DNA of 63,788 bases, filler included, from Octopus bimaculoides (lineage: Eukaryota), in NCBI RefSeq assembly GCF_001194135.2. It is 7 parts of 7 records of this genome, joined end to end, with 100 filler letters (N's around TTAATTAATTAA, not from the genome) between each part and the next. Parts side by side here need not be neighbours in the genome. Positions count along the whole stretch, not along the records: positions 61,745 to 63,788 come from NW_026336965.1; 6 more parts are not named here. One strand, 5' to 3'. Under the pieces are notes generated by a model. The model was given only the letters and a program-made list of their open reading frames with translations, was not told where the DNA came from and did not search any database. Positions 62,062 through 63,788 of this stretch are shown piece by piece; within the stretch, counting starts at the first letter, position 1; every line of letters starts with the position of its first letter. The position numbers and the translations under genes were made by a program.

Positions 62062-62560
62062 TTATCAATTCATTTTGCAAGATTGCTGATGTGAAATCAT
62101 GTGTTGAAACAGATATTGTATTTCATGATGGTCATTTTTGGGAGTTAGTGGAGCAATAACATGCACAAAAATGTAAAGTTTCGCTGAAGAGGTCACAGAT
62201 GTGTGATGAAATATTTCCGGACATGAGTTAAAATAATAAAAGAACAGAAATAAATGAGTGAAGAAAAAAAAAGAATATATAGTGCATGTGCTTATTTGGC
62301 AAAAAAAAAATGACCATTCCAAAATACAACAAAATATATATATATATATATATATATACAAACACACATGCACACATATGTATTCTTTTATTCTTATAAA
62401 CATTTGAGTCCAAAAGCAGAAGCCATGCTGGGGCACTACCAGAGTTAGCACTGTTTCCAATGCCATTTCTGTTCTGATCGGCTTTTGGTAAAAGAGGGTG
62501 TTCAATATTAGTGCCTTTTTTGAATTTCTTGCTGTACATACATATCGAAATAAATACATA

Positions 62561-62614
<54 letters not shown>

Positions 62615-62719
62615 TACATATATATATATATGTATATATATATACATACCTACATATATAGACATACACAAACACACACATACATTACATACATATGTAT
62701 GTGTGTGTATATATATATG

Positions 62720-62763
<44 letters not shown>

Positions 62764-63788
62764 NNNNNNNNNNNNNNNNNNNNNNNNNNNNNNNNNNNNN
62801 NNNNNNNNNNNNNNNNNNNNNNNNNNNNNNNNNNNNNNNNNNNNNNNNNNNNNNNNNNNNNNNNNNNNNNNNNNNNNNNNNNNNNNNNNNNNNNNNNNNN
62901 NNNNNNNNNNNNNNNNNNNNNNNNNNNNNNNNNNNNNNNNNNNNNNNNNNNNNNNNNNNNNNNNNNNNNNNNNNNNNNNNNNNNNNNNNNNNNNNNNNNN
63001 NNNNNNNNNNNNNNNNNNNNNNNNNNNNNNNNNNNNNNNNNNNNNNNNNNNNNNNNNNNNNNNNNNNNNNNNNNNNNNNNNNNNNNNNNNNNNNNNNNNN
63101 NNNNNNNNNNNNNNNNNNNNNNNNNNNNNNNNNNNNNNNNNNNNNNNNNNNNNNNNNNNNNNNNNNNNNNNNNNNNNNNNNNNNNNNNNNNNNNNNNNNN
63201 NNNNNNNNNNNNNNNNNNNNNNNNNNNNNNNNNNNNNNNNNNNNNNNNNNNNNNNNNNNNNNNNNNNNNNNNNNNNNNNNNNNNNNNNNNNNNNNNNNNN
63301 NNNNNNNNNNNNNNNNNNNNNNNNNNNNNNNNNNNNNNNNNNNNNNNNNNNNNNNNNNNNNNNNNNNNNNNNNNNNNNNNNNNNNNNNNNNNNNNNNNNN
63401 NNNNNNNNNNNNNNNNNNNNNNNNNNNNNNNNNNNNNNNNATATACATGTATATATGCATATGTATATATACATGTATGTGTATATACACATATATGTGT
63501 ATATACACATATATGTGTATATATATATATATATATATACATATTGTTGTATGTGGGGAGAGTCATTCTATTTTAATACCATATTACAGTCAACAAGTGT
63601 TGAAGATGTTGCAAGAAACAATAAAAATTTTAGAAAATAAATGAGTGGAAATTGAACCGGTGAGTGTGTTAATTAGTAAGGCATTAAAGTAGAATGACTC
63701 ACCCCAGACTCAACAAAATATGATTCAACACACGAATTCACACGAAGAATCTTGCAAACCAAATACTAAAATGAAATATATATATACG

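Overview
Repeat-saturated, AT-rich, mostly non-coding animal genomic DNA with about 14% N. The SINE families resemble those of octopus, so an Octopus draft assembly is likely (inference, not verified). Nearly all supplied ORFs are microsatellite or gap artefacts. The only well-supported host coding sequence is a minus-strand array of 72-nt exons, each encoding one leucine-rich repeat (LRR), at 45.8-51.9 kb. Five are intact and one carries an in-frame stop. All have phase-2 splice junctions and appear to have arisen by tandem duplication of exon plus flanking intron. Differences between sister exons are overwhelmingly amino-acid-changing. The rest of that gene is not visible: the array sits on a 6.4-kb piece bounded by artificial 100-bp linkers (44 N + TTAATTAATTAA + 44 N). 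Six such linkers cut the window into seven pieces whose adjacency is unproven. The remainder comprises three tRNA-derived SINE families (dozens of copies), decayed DNA transposons (three mariner fragments, maT/DD37D, Chapaev3-like, hAT/MER1-like, Tigger-like, Helentron-like), LINE fragments (Penelope-like, R4/Dong-like, two RTE-like), a hammerhead-ribozyme-like motif, hairpins, and extensive di-, tri- and tetranucleotide repeats. No rRNA, intact tRNA or CRISPR features were seen.
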